Source: Nitrososphaerota archaeon
GTDB lineage: Archaea; Thermoproteota; Nitrososphaeria; Nitrososphaerales; Nitrosopumilaceae
Reading direction: 5' to 3'
DNA: 64,000 nucleotides
Assembly: GCA_028867755.1 (NCBI GenBank)
Contig: JAGWFT010000001.1
Coordinates: 644,727-708,726 of the forward strand
This document shows positions 47,243 through 56,707 of this stretch, in pieces (positions within the stretch are counted from its first letter, which is position 1; each line of letters begins with the position of its first letter). Under the pieces are notes generated by a model, which had not been told where the DNA came from, did no database searches, and saw only the letters and a list, made by a program, of their open reading frames with translations. Both the position numbers and the translations under genes were made by a program.

Positions 47243-48202
47243 TTAGTTTTTGGCTAACGCTGGTCTTAGAACAATCTTGATCTTGTATGCACTCAGGATT
47301 TCCTTGCATCTGTTTCGTATAGTAACCTCAGTGATTCCCGCAACGCTTGAGACGTCTCTTTGTAAGATGCTCTGCCCAAGTAGTGTTGATGCGATGTAAA
47401 GGTAGGCAGCAGCAAGACCGTTTGGTGCCTTTCCGTCTGCTATATTGTGGTCCTCTGTCTTTTCTGCAATCTCTGCAGCAAGTCTTTCTACGCGAACCTC
47501 AAGTTTTGCAAGGTTTGCAATCTTTGAGATGTATTTTTCAAGGGTTACTACTGGTGCTGTTTTTGATCCAAGCTCCATCACGAGCATTCTGTAGTATTTT
47601 GCAGTCAGCTTTACGTTCATTTTTTCGTCTTTTGAGCTTCCAGTTGCAGCGCAAATCTCATCCAGTGATCTTACAACATCGCACTGTTTGCATGCCATGT
47701 AAATGGTTGCAGCAGACATGCAGGCAACAGATTTTCCCTTTGCCTCTGTCTGACCATCAAAGTTTCTGTATATCATTGATGCGCTCTCAATTACATTTCT
47801 TGGTAGTGCTAGCGATTGGCAAGTCTCTCCTATCTTTGAGAGTATATTTGCAAGTCGCCTCTCTCTTGGAGATGCGACTCTAATTCTTGTCTGCCATTTT
47901 CTCAGATTGTACATCTGAAGTGCCATGTCGCTTGAAATTGATTTTCCGCTAAAGTCTCTAGTTCCAAGTGCTATCTCTGTTCTGATTCCAAGGTCATGCT
48001 GTGCATAGGTTGTCTGACCGCTTGCTCTTGCAGTTTTCATTTTTTCTTCTGGATTAGTTGCTCTTGATTCTGGGCCGTAATCTGACATCTGCTCCATTGC
48101 TACCAGTCCGCAGCCAGAACAAATTTTTTCTCCACTATGAATGTCATCAACTAAGATTGAACGACATTCTGGACAATTTGTTTGTAGTTCTGTTATGTTC
48201 AT
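47243..48202 (-). CDS. tfb: Transcription initiation factor IIB
   Basis: CPEC...CSGCG zinc ribbon, cyclin repeats, GKAPNGLAAAYLYI, VAGITEVTIRNR. Confidence 0.95.
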   Translation of the reverse strand: MNITELQTNCPECRSILVDDIHSGEKICSGCGLVAMEQMSDYGPESRATNPEEKMKTARASGQTTYAQHDLGIRTEIALGTRDFSGKSISSDMALQMYNLRKWQTRIRVASPRERRLANILSKIGETCQSLALPRNVIESASMIYRNFDGQTEAKGKSVACMSAATIYMACKQCDVVRSLDEICAATGSSKDEKMNVKLTAKYYRMLVMELGSKTAPVVTLEKYISKIANLAKLEVRVERLAAEIAEKTEDHNIADGKAPNGLAAAYLYIASTLLGQSILQRDVSSVAGITEVTIRNRCKEILSAYKIKIVLRPALAKN

Positions 48203-48468
48203 CTTCTATTTCCTCTGAATCTTTTTGGTTTCATCGCAGGAGATTCATCGACGATGTAAACGTGTTGTCCAATGTGTCTTTTGATATTGTTGGTAAGCGG
48301 AATTGCTGACGCATATGGTGCATCAACAGGACCTATCATTTCCGAAACTTTGGCGACTTTGGTTCCAGAGTTATCTACTATAATCTGGCCATCACGCAGC
48401 GGTTTAGAAAGTCTAATCAAGACTCTACCGCTATTTGCTAAATGCAATACCTCGCCTACCTCCTGCAA
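48199..48468 (-). CDS. gar1: H/ACA RNP protein Gar1
   Basis: VGEVLHLANSG...VSEMIGPVDAPYASA. Confidence 0.85.
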   Translation of the reverse strand: MQEVGEVLHLANSGRVLIRLSKPLRDGQIIVDNSGTKVAKVSEMIGPVDAPYASAIPLTNNIKRHIGQHVYIVDESPAMKPKRFRGNRR

Positions 48469-48542
48469 TTAGTGGATCAACCGAATACTGTTATCAATAG
48501 AGTTCTGTCAAAATTACTTTAGCTATAAGCTAGAATAGCTGT

Positions 48543-48842
48543 TTACTTGGTCTGTTTAGCTCTTCGCGATACAATCTTGTCTGAAATTGCAGAAATTATT
48601 TTGGTTTTTGGTTGTACCTTTGCAAGTACAATGTAGCCGGATCTGACATAGGGTCTTCTTGGAAATCTTACCTGCTCGTTAGTTTCTGTTGGTTCAAACC
48701 CAGCTGCCTTGGCAGCATCTATCAACTCTTTGAGCGAAGGATCGAAAATACTTTTTTCACGAGAAACTCGTCGGCCCATTTTTTTTGAAAGCGTCTTGTT
48801 GAAATAATCCAACCAGATTACGATGTGTTCGTAATCTTTCAT
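48543..48842 (-). CDS. srp19: Signal recognition particle protein SRP19
   Basis: VIWLDYFNKTLSKKMGRRV...FPRRPY..SGYIV. Confidence 0.9.
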   Translation of the reverse strand: MKDYEHIVIWLDYFNKTLSKKMGRRVSREKSIFDPSLKELIDAAKAAGFEPTETNEQVRFPRRPYVRSGYIVLAKVQPKTKIISAISDKIVSRRAKQTK

Positions 48843-48849
48843 TTTGTAA

Positions 48850-49230
48850 TCACTTTATCAAAATTGCATTTACTGCGCCGTCTTGGCCTGGTCTTGAAAC
48901 TACTTTGCACTGACCATCTTCAGTTTCCAAAATTGCGCCCTTTGAGATCACACCACGTCTTTCATAATCACTACTTGCTGGATTTTTTAAAACTTTGAGG
49001 ATCTTTACTTTCTTTACCTTTCCATCTGGAATAGATAAGTTTACAAAATCTGTAGTCTTGAGCGAAGTCTTTCTATTGTCACCGCGAACCTTTCTTGTAA
49101 CGGTAACATGTGGACCTGGAATTGCTTCTACTGAATATCTGTCAATTTCATATTTTCTCCTAGTTCTAAGAGGATATCTTCTGCCTCCAGTTATCTTACT
49201 TGTTGCAAGATTCTCTACAGACTTCTTCAT
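48850..49230 (-). CDS. rps8e: 30S ribosomal protein S8e
   Basis: KITGGR, RKVRGDNRK, RRGVISKGAI, SRPGQDGAVNA. Confidence 0.96.
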   Translation of the reverse strand: MKKSVENLATSKITGGRRYPLRTRRKYEIDRYSVEAIPGPHVTVTRKVRGDNRKTSLKTTDFVNLSIPDGKVKKVKILKVLKNPASSDYERRGVISKGAILETEDGQCKVVSRPGQDGAVNAILIK

Positions 49231-49291
49231 AAGCAGTCGATAAAGTAACTCTAATTTATACCATTTAGAACAAATGCCATTCTCAGTGGGC

Positions 49292-49888
49292 TCACTGACT
49301 TGGCTGTGTTATGGACTCGACAGTTTGCTCTGTCTGCTGTGGGGTCTGACTTGAAGAACCTTGGTTTGAAGATCTGACTTTGGTGAAAAGTTTCTGTTTT
49401 AATAAATCCTTGTCGCCCTGAATTCCAAAATATTTCTGGAATTTTTCTGTCGTGTTGTATATCTTGAGCCTTCCAACATTTTGGTGTTCAATGTATGCTA
49501 ACTGTTCAAGCAGCTTGAGATGTAGATATACACCAGAACCACGGACCTCTACCAATCTTTTTGATGAAATTGGCTGCATGTATGCGACATATGATAACGT
49601 CTTCAATGTTGCAGTTGGAAGCAATGGCTTTGATGCATACTTTCTGATAACTGTATTATATTCAGGTTTTAGCTGAAATACGTATGAGCCATCAGGCAAA
49701 GACGCTATCTCTAGTGCCCTAAAGGCGGACTTTGTCTTTTTCACAATTCCTGTCATGAGAGCAAGTGTCTTGGTTCTAGATTCTGTGCCAGAGGCCTTTA
49801 TCAATTCCTCGATTGTAAGCGGTCTTCCCGCAGAGTATAGTGCGGCCTCTAATCTGGCTACTGCCTCATCGTCTTCTACCTTGTTCAT
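49292..49888 (-). CDS. scpB: SMC-Scp complex subunit ScpB
   Basis: LEAALYSAGRPL, TLSYVAYMQPI, YNTTEKFQKYFGI. Confidence 0.93.
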   Translation of the reverse strand: MNKVEDDEAVARLEAALYSAGRPLTIEELIKASGTESRTKTLALMTGIVKKTKSAFRALEIASLPDGSYVFQLKPEYNTVIRKYASKPLLPTATLKTLSYVAYMQPISSKRLVEVRGSGVYLHLKLLEQLAYIEHQNVGRLKIYNTTEKFQKYFGIQGDKDLLKQKLFTKVRSSNQGSSSQTPQQTEQTVESITQPSQ

Positions 49889-49958
49889 TTATACAAAAAA
49901 GGAGGTCAGAAGATACTTAAATGAAATTCCTATTGACAGTTGATTTACTTGTAAACTT

Positions 49959-50618
49959 CTACTTTGTAAAAGAGACCACTATATCGTCTTCTGTCTGTTC
50001 CAGGTCCACTTTCATGTCTCTTGCAAGAAACAGTATTGCAAAGAAGCACCTGATGACATCTATCAACTCAAGGCCAGACGTGATATTCTTAAAGGAACCA
50101 TAACCTGTAGGCCTAATCTTGTTCATGATAAGCTCCTCGTACTGACCAATTATCTTCTCTAGAGATATGAAATAATCATCAAAGTTTGGCACTTGTACTG
50201 GCTCAAACTCCATCTGTCTGCGGCTTGAACGTGGGTTTGCAATAGTTCCAATGAGGTTTTCAAGTACCGAAAGCAACTCGTCCAATGTGACAGGATATGT
50301 GGATTCATGCCTGTATGGCATGTTTATTATCTCGATATCGATGTTTTCTCTTTGACTGAGGGGTCTTTTCTCCATGGCGGCTTTCTGTAATGCAAATATG
50401 CTTTCCACCTTCATTCTGTGGATCATAGCAGACGAGAGGGCTGCAATTCCTGCCACGCGAAGATCTTTCTTGTCTGTCTGGTTTAGAATTGTAATCAACA
50501 TCTCCAAGATTCGGGTGACGTCAATGCTCCAGACATCTTTTTTGGATATGTCAAGAGGTGTAAAGAGAATATTTACTGGCGGTTGTGCAAGCCCAGTGCT
50601 AGTATTTTCCTCAGTCAC
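49959..50618 (-). CDS. scpA: Segregation and condensation protein ScpA (kleisin)
   Basis: DVWSIDV, VTLDELL, FFAILFLA...LEQ; adjacent to scpB. Confidence 0.85.
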   Translation of the reverse strand: MTEENTSTGLAQPPVNILFTPLDISKKDVWSIDVTRILEMLITILNQTDKKDLRVAGIAALSSAMIHRMKVESIFALQKAAMEKRPLSQRENIDIEIINMPYRHESTYPVTLDELLSVLENLIGTIANPRSSRRQMEFEPVQVPNFDDYFISLEKIIGQYEELIMNKIRPTGYGSFKNITSGLELIDVIRCFFAILFLARDMKVDLEQTEDDIVVSFTK

Positions 50619-50731
50619 TAGGTATTAGGTCCTTTTTCTTTATAATATCTATTTGATTTGCTCTTTTGACTGCCCAAGTCAAGAATTTTACCATTTTTTA
50701 CAACTCAAAAAATATAATCTCGTACTGTATT

Positions 50732-51484
50732 ATGATACCATTGGAAAAAGACCTCGAAAAGTTTGACTTGGCATGTACTTACCTAAGAAATGATCAACAC
50801 ATATCAGCATACAACATGTTCATATCACTTGCCCAAAAAGAGATGAAAAATGAGACTTTCAAAGCAGGATTGTATCTTCTTCTTGCCTCAGAATGCAAGG
50901 CAAGACAGGGAAAGGACAACAAGGAAGAGCTTGACATGGCAGCAAACTATTATCTCAAGGTTGCAAAAAAAGACAATCTTGGTTCATCATATGCATACCA
51001 ATGTGCAGCAAGATGTTTTCTCAAGTCAGGTAAGGTAGACAAGGCGATGAAAGTGTCAGAAGAAGCAAAAAAACACATACCTGTAATTGTTGAGGAGAAG
51101 AGACCAATTGTTATCGTAGACGACAGCCCAGCAATTACACTGCGACTTAAGAGTTACCTTGAACAACTTGGATATGATGATATCAAGGCTGCAAGTGATG
51201 GAAACAGTGCCATTAAACTTGTTACAAAATTAATCAATGACTCACAAAATCCAGTCATACTGCTTGACATGCAGATGCCAAATACTACAGGGGACGAGGT
51301 TGCAAAAAAACTACTTGAGAAGAAGCCTGATCTTTCAATCATACTTATTACTGCAGATGAAAAAAGCAACCCGCGAGTGCGAAAAACGATAGGGTTTGGC
51401 TCTACTGCGTTTATTCAAAAGCCGTTTACAATGAACGAGTTAAAAAATGCACTTGATACTACAGAGCAAAATCGTATTAGGTAA
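50732..51484 (+). CDS. Response regulator with N-terminal TPR-like helices and C-terminal REC domain
   Basis: VIVDD, ILLDMQMP, ITA, IQKPF. Confidence 0.88.
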   Translation: MIPLEKDLEKFDLACTYLRNDQHISAYNMFISLAQKEMKNETFKAGLYLLLASECKARQGKDNKEELDMAANYYLKVAKKDNLGSSYAYQCAARCFLKSGKVDKAMKVSEEAKKHIPVIVEEKRPIVIVDDSPAITLRLKSYLEQLGYDDIKAASDGNSAIKLVTKLINDSQNPVILLDMQMPNTTGDEVAKKLLEKKPDLSIILITADEKSNPRVRKTIGFGSTAFIQKPFTMNELKNALDTTEQNRIR

Positions 51485-51983
51485 GAAGTAAGAGTGACAT
51501 GTTAAGAAGGTTAATGTCTTTTACCTGAAGGCCGCTTATCCTGTAATCTGAAATCTGATCAGAGAACTTTTCAATTATTTTTGATGTTGGATTTTTCTCT
51601 GTGCTATCTAGTCTCACAACTACCAACATATTCCAGTCTCCGTCAAGTGTTGCAATAAAAAGATAGTTTGGAAAAGTCTTTGCAAACTCCTTTATTGATT
51701 CCACTTGAGTACTAATTGAACGAGTAATCTTTAGCTTCAAGAACAATACTTCAAACTCATCTGTGACAGACACTCCGCTCAAGACAGCTCTGTAACCCTT
51801 GATGATGCCGCTTTTTTCTAATCTCTCAATTCTTTTTCTAATAGTCCTGTCAGAAACATCTACTCCTGCGTTTCGAAGTTCAGAGGCAATTTCCTTAGAA
51901 GGAGTTCTGGCATTCTTGTTTAAAATTGCAATAATTTTTTGGTCTACTTCGTCTAAAGCAGACCAGTCTGAATCTTCTGACAT
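51477..51983 (-). CDS. Lrp/AsnC family transcriptional regulator
   Basis: LDEVDQKIIAILNKNARTP...RKRIERLEKSGIIKGYRA. Confidence 0.92.
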   Translation of the reverse strand: MSEDSDWSALDEVDQKIIAILNKNARTPSKEIASELRNAGVDVSDRTIRKRIERLEKSGIIKGYRAVLSGVSVTDEFEVLFLKLKITRSISTQVESIKEFAKTFPNYLFIATLDGDWNMLVVVRLDSTEKNPTSKIIEKFSDQISDYRISGLQVKDINLLNMSLLLLT

Positions 51984-52021
51984 CGCTAGTATAGTGAATC
52001 CAGTGTTTTTGAATTTTATGA

Positions 52022-52144
52022 TGGTCCCACGCGCAGGATTCGAACTTGCGACTCTCCGGTTTCTGTAAGCCTGATAGGCTGATGACGGTCAGCCGAGAGC
52101 CAACCACTACAGCCGGATGCTCTACCAGGCTGAGCTAGCGTGGG
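52022..52144 (-). tRNA. tRNA-Tyr(GTA) with a 46-nt intron (52061-52106) and encoded CCA
   Basis: C1:G72 acceptor, TCCGG-CT-GTA-G[intron]A-CCGGA, CTGT/ACAG central helix. Confidence 0.94.
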
Positions 52145-52238
52145 ACATCGATTTTCATCCAGTTCGTTCGTATTAAATAATTATCGCTAGGAAAAACAGT
52201 TGCATATTTCCCAAAATTTGAAACAGATCTAGGAAATT

Positions 52239-52898
52239 TTGGGCTTGACCAAACTACATATAAGAAAGCAGATTGATCCCGATCACGTGTCTGGTTCCGA
52301 GGTTATAGAGGGAGGATATGTATGCGCACCATATTTGCACAATGAATCATCCTCAAAACTGAAAGAATCGCTTGAAAAGTCTGCTTACATTGATGACATG
52401 TATTTTGTCACTGCCACTTTTTCAGAAGATGGCAATGCATATTTTCCATCGCACACAAACACATATCTTCTTGCAAGGTTTCGAGACCCGCAACCAATAC
52501 TAAAGGAGGTTGACAAGTACAAGCAGGAAAGGCCAACTTTTGTATTCTCAAGATATGAAGAATTCTTCGAAAGGTTCAACGACCAAAAACTCAACCTTAT
52601 TTCCGTTTACTATCTTGATCACGGACACTCTGAATCTGATCTCTCAGATCTGGCAATGATAGTGGGAAAACGCAACAGGGTAAGACGCGCAGAATGTGGA
52701 AGTCTGCACATGTCATCTACTGAAGCTCCCAAGTTTACTTTTCCATATGTGGACAATCTAGTTGTCTTTGAAGTATCAAGTGGTAATACCCACCAGAGTG
52801 ACAACAAGTATTGTGAAAAGACAAGACGAGAAGTTGCACGAAAAGGAATCCGACTAACCAACTTGTTGAACCTTTCTGTCATAGAAAAAATAAAATAA
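52239..52898 (+). CDS. Hypothetical protein
   Basis: 219-aa ORF. Confidence 0.75.
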   Translation: MGLTKLHIRKQIDPDHVSGSEVIEGGYVCAPYLHNESSSKLKESLEKSAYIDDMYFVTATFSEDGNAYFPSHTNTYLLARFRDPQPILKEVDKYKQERPTFVFSRYEEFFERFNDQKLNLISVYYLDHGHSESDLSDLAMIVGKRNRVRRAECGSLHMSSTEAPKFTFPYVDNLVVFEVSSGNTHQSDNKYCEKTRREVARKGIRLTNLLNLSVIEKIK

Positions 52899-52933
52899 AA
52901 AAGTTATATACTCTGCCAAATTCTGTTTGTGTA

Positions 52934-53341
52934 ATGAGCAAGCCTTCTGAACTTGGTGCACTAAAAATTGGATCTTATATCTTGTTACCTGTTGATGCTA
53001 CAAGCCAGGAGCCATGCAAGATAGTGGAATACGATACCAGCAAACCAGGAAAGCACGGAGCTGCAAAGGCAAGAATTGTTGCAGTCGGTATATTTGACAA
53101 GAAAAAATACCCACACGTATCACCTGTGAGTGCACAGGTGCAGGTGCCGCTAATTGACAAGAGGGTAGGCTCTGTTATATCAAAAACTGAATCAGTAGTA
53201 CAGGTGATGGACTCTGAGACTTTTGAAGTCTTTGATGTGTATCAGATAGAAGAAGAAGTGGCAGACAAGGTTGCTCAGGGACAAGACGTTGAATACTGGA
53301 AAGTAATGGATAGAACTATTATAGTCCGAATCAAGAGCTAG
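52934..53341 (+). CDS. eif5a: Translation factor aIF5A
   Basis: SKPGKHGAAKAR hypusine motif. Confidence 0.96.
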   Translation: MSKPSELGALKIGSYILLPVDATSQEPCKIVEYDTSKPGKHGAAKARIVAVGIFDKKKYPHVSPVSAQVQVPLIDKRVGSVISKTESVVQVMDSETFEVFDVYQIEEEVADKVAQGQDVEYWKVMDRTIIVRIKS

Positions 53342-53345
53342 GTTC

Positions 53346-53419
53346 GGATGCTGATGATGACGAGAAAAGCCATCTGACGATTCATGCCATGATGAAGATT
53401 ATGAGTAATTGAAGCATCC
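53346..53419 (+). ncRNA. Box C/D guide sRNA
   Basis: 7-bp stem GGATGCT/AGCATCC; C ATGATGA 53354, D' CTGA 53374, C' ATGATGA 53389, D TTGA 53409. Confidence 0.85.
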
Positions 53420-53472
53420 AAGGCTTTCTCTTTCTCGAATGAGTTATACGCGATGAATTGGTTATGTAATCT

Positions 53473-53586
53473 GTGAAAGGCATATGCCACGTGTGTCTTG
53501 CATCAAATGTGGAAGTTACTCTAAAGGATCATCTGTCCTTGTGTGAAAACTGCCTCAAAAAGGTAGCCGAACTAGAAAAAAATTAA
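53473..53586 (+). CDS. Small CxxC...CxxC zinc-binding protein (37 aa)
   Basis: Manual translation (GTG start) MKGICHVCLASNVEVTLKDHLSLCENCLKKVAELEKN; TTATA about 25 nt upstream. Confidence 0.65.
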   Translation: MKGICHVCLASNVEVTLKDHLSLCENCLKKVAELEKN

Positions 53587-53612
53587 TTGAATGCATACAA
53601 TCAAACTGCAAA

Positions 53613-54296
53613 TTGATACTTGGATCGCTTTTCTCAGGAGGAAAAGATAGTGCATTTGCAGTCTATAAAGCAAGGTCTGAAGGCCATAACATATCATGTC
53701 TTGTTACAGTCTTTCCAAAATCTGAAGAAAGTCATCTATTGCACCATCCAAACATCAGACTGACTGCACTTCAGGCAAGAGCAATGAACATCCCACAAAT
53801 TACTATACCACTTGATTCTGATAACACCCGAGTAGAAGTCGACGAGATAAAAAATGCACTAAAGACTGCAAAGGAGAAATTTGGGATAGAGGGGGTGGTA
53901 CATGGTGGAATTCGTAGTGCATTTCAGAAAAACCACTTTGAAACAATTTGTCGTAGCTTGGACCTTAGAGTGATTGCCCCGCTCTGGAATGTAAATGAGG
54001 AAGCCTATTTGCATGAACTTGTACAATGTGGATTTGAGTTTGTCGTAACAAGTGTAACTGCACAGGGTCTTGATGATTCATGGCTTGGCAAGATCATAAC
54101 TTTACAAGATGTTGAAAAATTAATTTCAATATCGTCCAAGTTTGGATTCAATGCATCATTTGAAGGAGGGGAGGCTGAGACGTTTGTTGTTTCATGTCCT
54201 TTGTTTTCTGGGCACATCAGGATTGTAAAATCAAACAAGACATGGGATGGGTACAGAGGAAGGTTTGAAATAACCGAAGCTGTTTTGGAAGAATAA
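53613..54296 (+). CDS. dph6: Diphthine--ammonia ligase (Dph6-like PP-loop ATPase)
   Basis: SLFSGGKDS, IAPLW, GEGG-like FEGGEAETFV. Confidence 0.9.
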   Translation: MILGSLFSGGKDSAFAVYKARSEGHNISCLVTVFPKSEESHLLHHPNIRLTALQARAMNIPQITIPLDSDNTRVEVDEIKNALKTAKEKFGIEGVVHGGIRSAFQKNHFETICRSLDLRVIAPLWNVNEEAYLHELVQCGFEFVVTSVTAQGLDDSWLGKIITLQDVEKLISISSKFGFNASFEGGEAETFVVSCPLFSGHIRIVKSNKTWDGYRGRFEITEAVLEE

Positions 54297-55621
54297 TGCT
54301 AGACAGCCTCAAGACTGGCCTCCGGGCTGCACTAAAAAAAATAGTCAATTCGTCTGCAATAGATGAAGCACTAATCAAGGAACTATCAAAAGACATTCAG
54401 AGAGCACTGCTACAATCTGATGTTAATGTAAAACTCGTATTTCAAATCACAAAAAATCTCGAAGAGCGCTCACTCAATGAGACTCCGCCTCCGGGACTAT
54501 CAAGAAAGGATCACATTGTAAAGATCTTGTATGATGAGCTTTCCAAACTGTTGGGCACAGAAAATGAATATGTTTTCCAGCCAGGAAAGATGAATCGTGT
54601 TCTAATGCTTGGAATACAGGGAAGTGGCAAGACTACGATAACATCGAAACTTGCAAAACATCTGACAAAGCAAGGGTACAGGGTGTGTGTTATTGGTGCA
54701 GATACATACAGGCCTGGGGCACTGACACAGCTCAAGACAATGTGTGAAAAGGCAAATGTCGAAGTATATGGAGAAGAGGGAAATAAGGACTCACCTGAGA
54801 TTGTAAAAAATGGACTGAAACATTTTGAGGGAAAGAACTTTGATATTATATTAATCGATACGGCAGGACGACATAAGGAAGAAAAGGATCTACTCGAAGA
54901 GATGACACGAATCAGCCAGGTTGCAAGTCCAGATTTGGCATTGCTTATCATTGATGGTACAATAGGCCAGCAATGCTATAATCAGGCAGAAGCATTTCAC
55001 AAGATAGTACCGGTCGGTGGTATTATCATAACAAAACTTGATTCAAGTGCAAAAGGTGGTGGAGCACTTGCTGCAGCAGCTGCTACTGGTGCTAGAATAA
55101 TGTACATAGGTACAGGTGAGCGAATTGATGACCTTGAAAAGTTTTCACCAACTAGATTTGTAGGAAGAATGCTTGGGATGGGTGATATTCAGGCTCTGCT
55201 TGACATGGCTGCAAGACTTGAGACCGAAGGAAATGAAGAGAGACTCAAGCGCATATCGCACGGCAAGATGAACATGGAAGATTTCTATTTTCAGATAGAA
55301 GAGGCAACAAAGGCGGGAGGCCTGAGAAGCATAATGGAGAACATGCCTGGAATCTCTGGGATGGTAAAAGAAGACCAGCTAGACCAACAGGAAGAACGTA
55401 TGGAAAGGTGGCGATATGTTATCCAGTCTATGACAAAAGAGGAAAAGGCAGATCCAGACTTGATAAATGCATCACGAGTAAAGCGAATTGCTAGGGGTTC
55501 TGGGTGGCCAGAACACGAGGTAAAGGAGTTACTCAAGGCTTACAAAAATTCAAAGACCATGATGAAAGCATCAAAGGGTCGCCAGATGCAGGGACTGTTG
55601 CGCAAGATGGGCCTTGGATAG
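54296..55621 (+). CDS. srp54: Signal recognition particle protein SRP54
   Basis: GIQGSGKTT, DTAGRH, TKLD, Met-rich M domain, RIARGSG. Confidence 0.96.
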   Translation: MLDSLKTGLRAALKKIVNSSAIDEALIKELSKDIQRALLQSDVNVKLVFQITKNLEERSLNETPPPGLSRKDHIVKILYDELSKLLGTENEYVFQPGKMNRVLMLGIQGSGKTTITSKLAKHLTKQGYRVCVIGADTYRPGALTQLKTMCEKANVEVYGEEGNKDSPEIVKNGLKHFEGKNFDIILIDTAGRHKEEKDLLEEMTRISQVASPDLALLIIDGTIGQQCYNQAEAFHKIVPVGGIIITKLDSSAKGGGALAAAAATGARIMYIGTGERIDDLEKFSPTRFVGRMLGMGDIQALLDMAARLETEGNEERLKRISHGKMNMEDFYFQIEEATKAGGLRSIMENMPGISGMVKEDQLDQQEERMERWRYVIQSMTKEEKADPDLINASRVKRIARGSGWPEHEVKELLKAYKNSKTMMKASKGRQMQGLLRKMGLG

Positions 55622-55756
55622 ATTCATAGTTTTGATTTATCATACAGTGTCATAGCTGTTGGCATATCTACTGGTATGGGATTTTTGATAATTACGTTGA
55701 CAAGTAAGACTCCAATAGTGTGAATATTAAATAAAAACCGTTTCTATGGAACCATC

Positions 55757-56398
55757 ATGCATAATGTTGTCAAGCTACTTGGAAAAGTAGCCCAGAGATA
55801 CTACCCAAGCAGAATGTTGTCATTTGAGCCTGCACATATCTTCAAGGTTCTCCAAGTCATACATGATAACGTAAAAGCAAGCAGATCTCTTTTAATAGAA
55901 GAAATAGGACTAGGAGAAGGCTCTGTCAAGACACTTGTAAAACATCTGAAGATGAACGAACTTATCATAACATCAAAGGCAGGTATGACACTGACAAACA
56001 AAGGAAAAACCTTGTTTTCAAAACTAGGCGAAGTTATATCTGCAGAAACCAACATTCACGAATGTTCAATCACTGTGGGCAAGTTTAATCACGCAATACT
56101 TGTCAAAGGACTTGCAAAAGACGTGGGAAGTGGAATTGAACAAAGAGACGCTGCAGTAAGAATAGGTGCGCTTGGAGCAACCACACTTGTATTTCGCGAT
56201 GACAAACTCTTCACGTCAGACAAAAGCCATGATATTCCAATTAAAGATCGAAAACTGACATCAATAATAATTGAAAAGCTAGGGCCTGAAAATGGAGACG
56301 TAGTAATTATTGCAAGTGCAGAAAATAAAAAAATTGCTGATCTGGCTGCAAAAAGGGCAGCATTAGAAACAATATCAAACCATGAAAAGCATTCTTGA
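55757..56398 (+). CDS. Winged-helix protein with DUF4443-type C-terminal domain
   Basis: SRSLLIEEIGLGEGSVKTL, GIEQRDAAVRIGALGATTL. Confidence 0.8.
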   Translation: MHNVVKLLGKVAQRYYPSRMLSFEPAHIFKVLQVIHDNVKASRSLLIEEIGLGEGSVKTLVKHLKMNELIITSKAGMTLTNKGKTLFSKLGEVISAETNIHECSITVGKFNHAILVKGLAKDVGSGIEQRDAAVRIGALGATTLVFRDDKLFTSDKSHDIPIKDRKLTSIIIEKLGPENGDVVIIASAENKKIADLAAKRAALETISNHEKHS

Positions 56399-56479
56399 TT
56401 TGTGTAACCACGATTCAATAGTGTCTAATATAGAAAATGGATTGCACAAAAGATTTAAAACATTGCACTATGTAATCAT

Positions 56480-56548
56480 GTATGGCTATGACATTAGCCT
56501 TGGAATGAGTTTCCTAAACCGCTCCTGAAAGGTGCTGATAATGTCTAC
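56480..56548 (+). promoter_or_regulatory. Fluoride (crcB) riboswitch aptamer
   Basis: GTA-T-GGCTA-TGACAT-TAGCC, extra hairpin GGAA/TTCC, AAACCGC, GAAA hairpin, GCTGATA-ATGTC-TAC; GACAT/ATGTC pseudoknot; upstream of crcB; TATA TTTAAAA at 56454. Confidence 0.88.
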
Positions 56549-56707
56549 CTAATGAAAATTAATAGGTAGATAAATGAACAAAAAAATCAAAAACAAAAAG
56601 GGAGCGGGAAAGTATCCTAGCGTATCCACTAATACTTGCAATGATCATCTTGATGATATTATGAATTTACAGATAGTAAATTTAAGTAACAATACGCCTA
56701 GGCAGAT

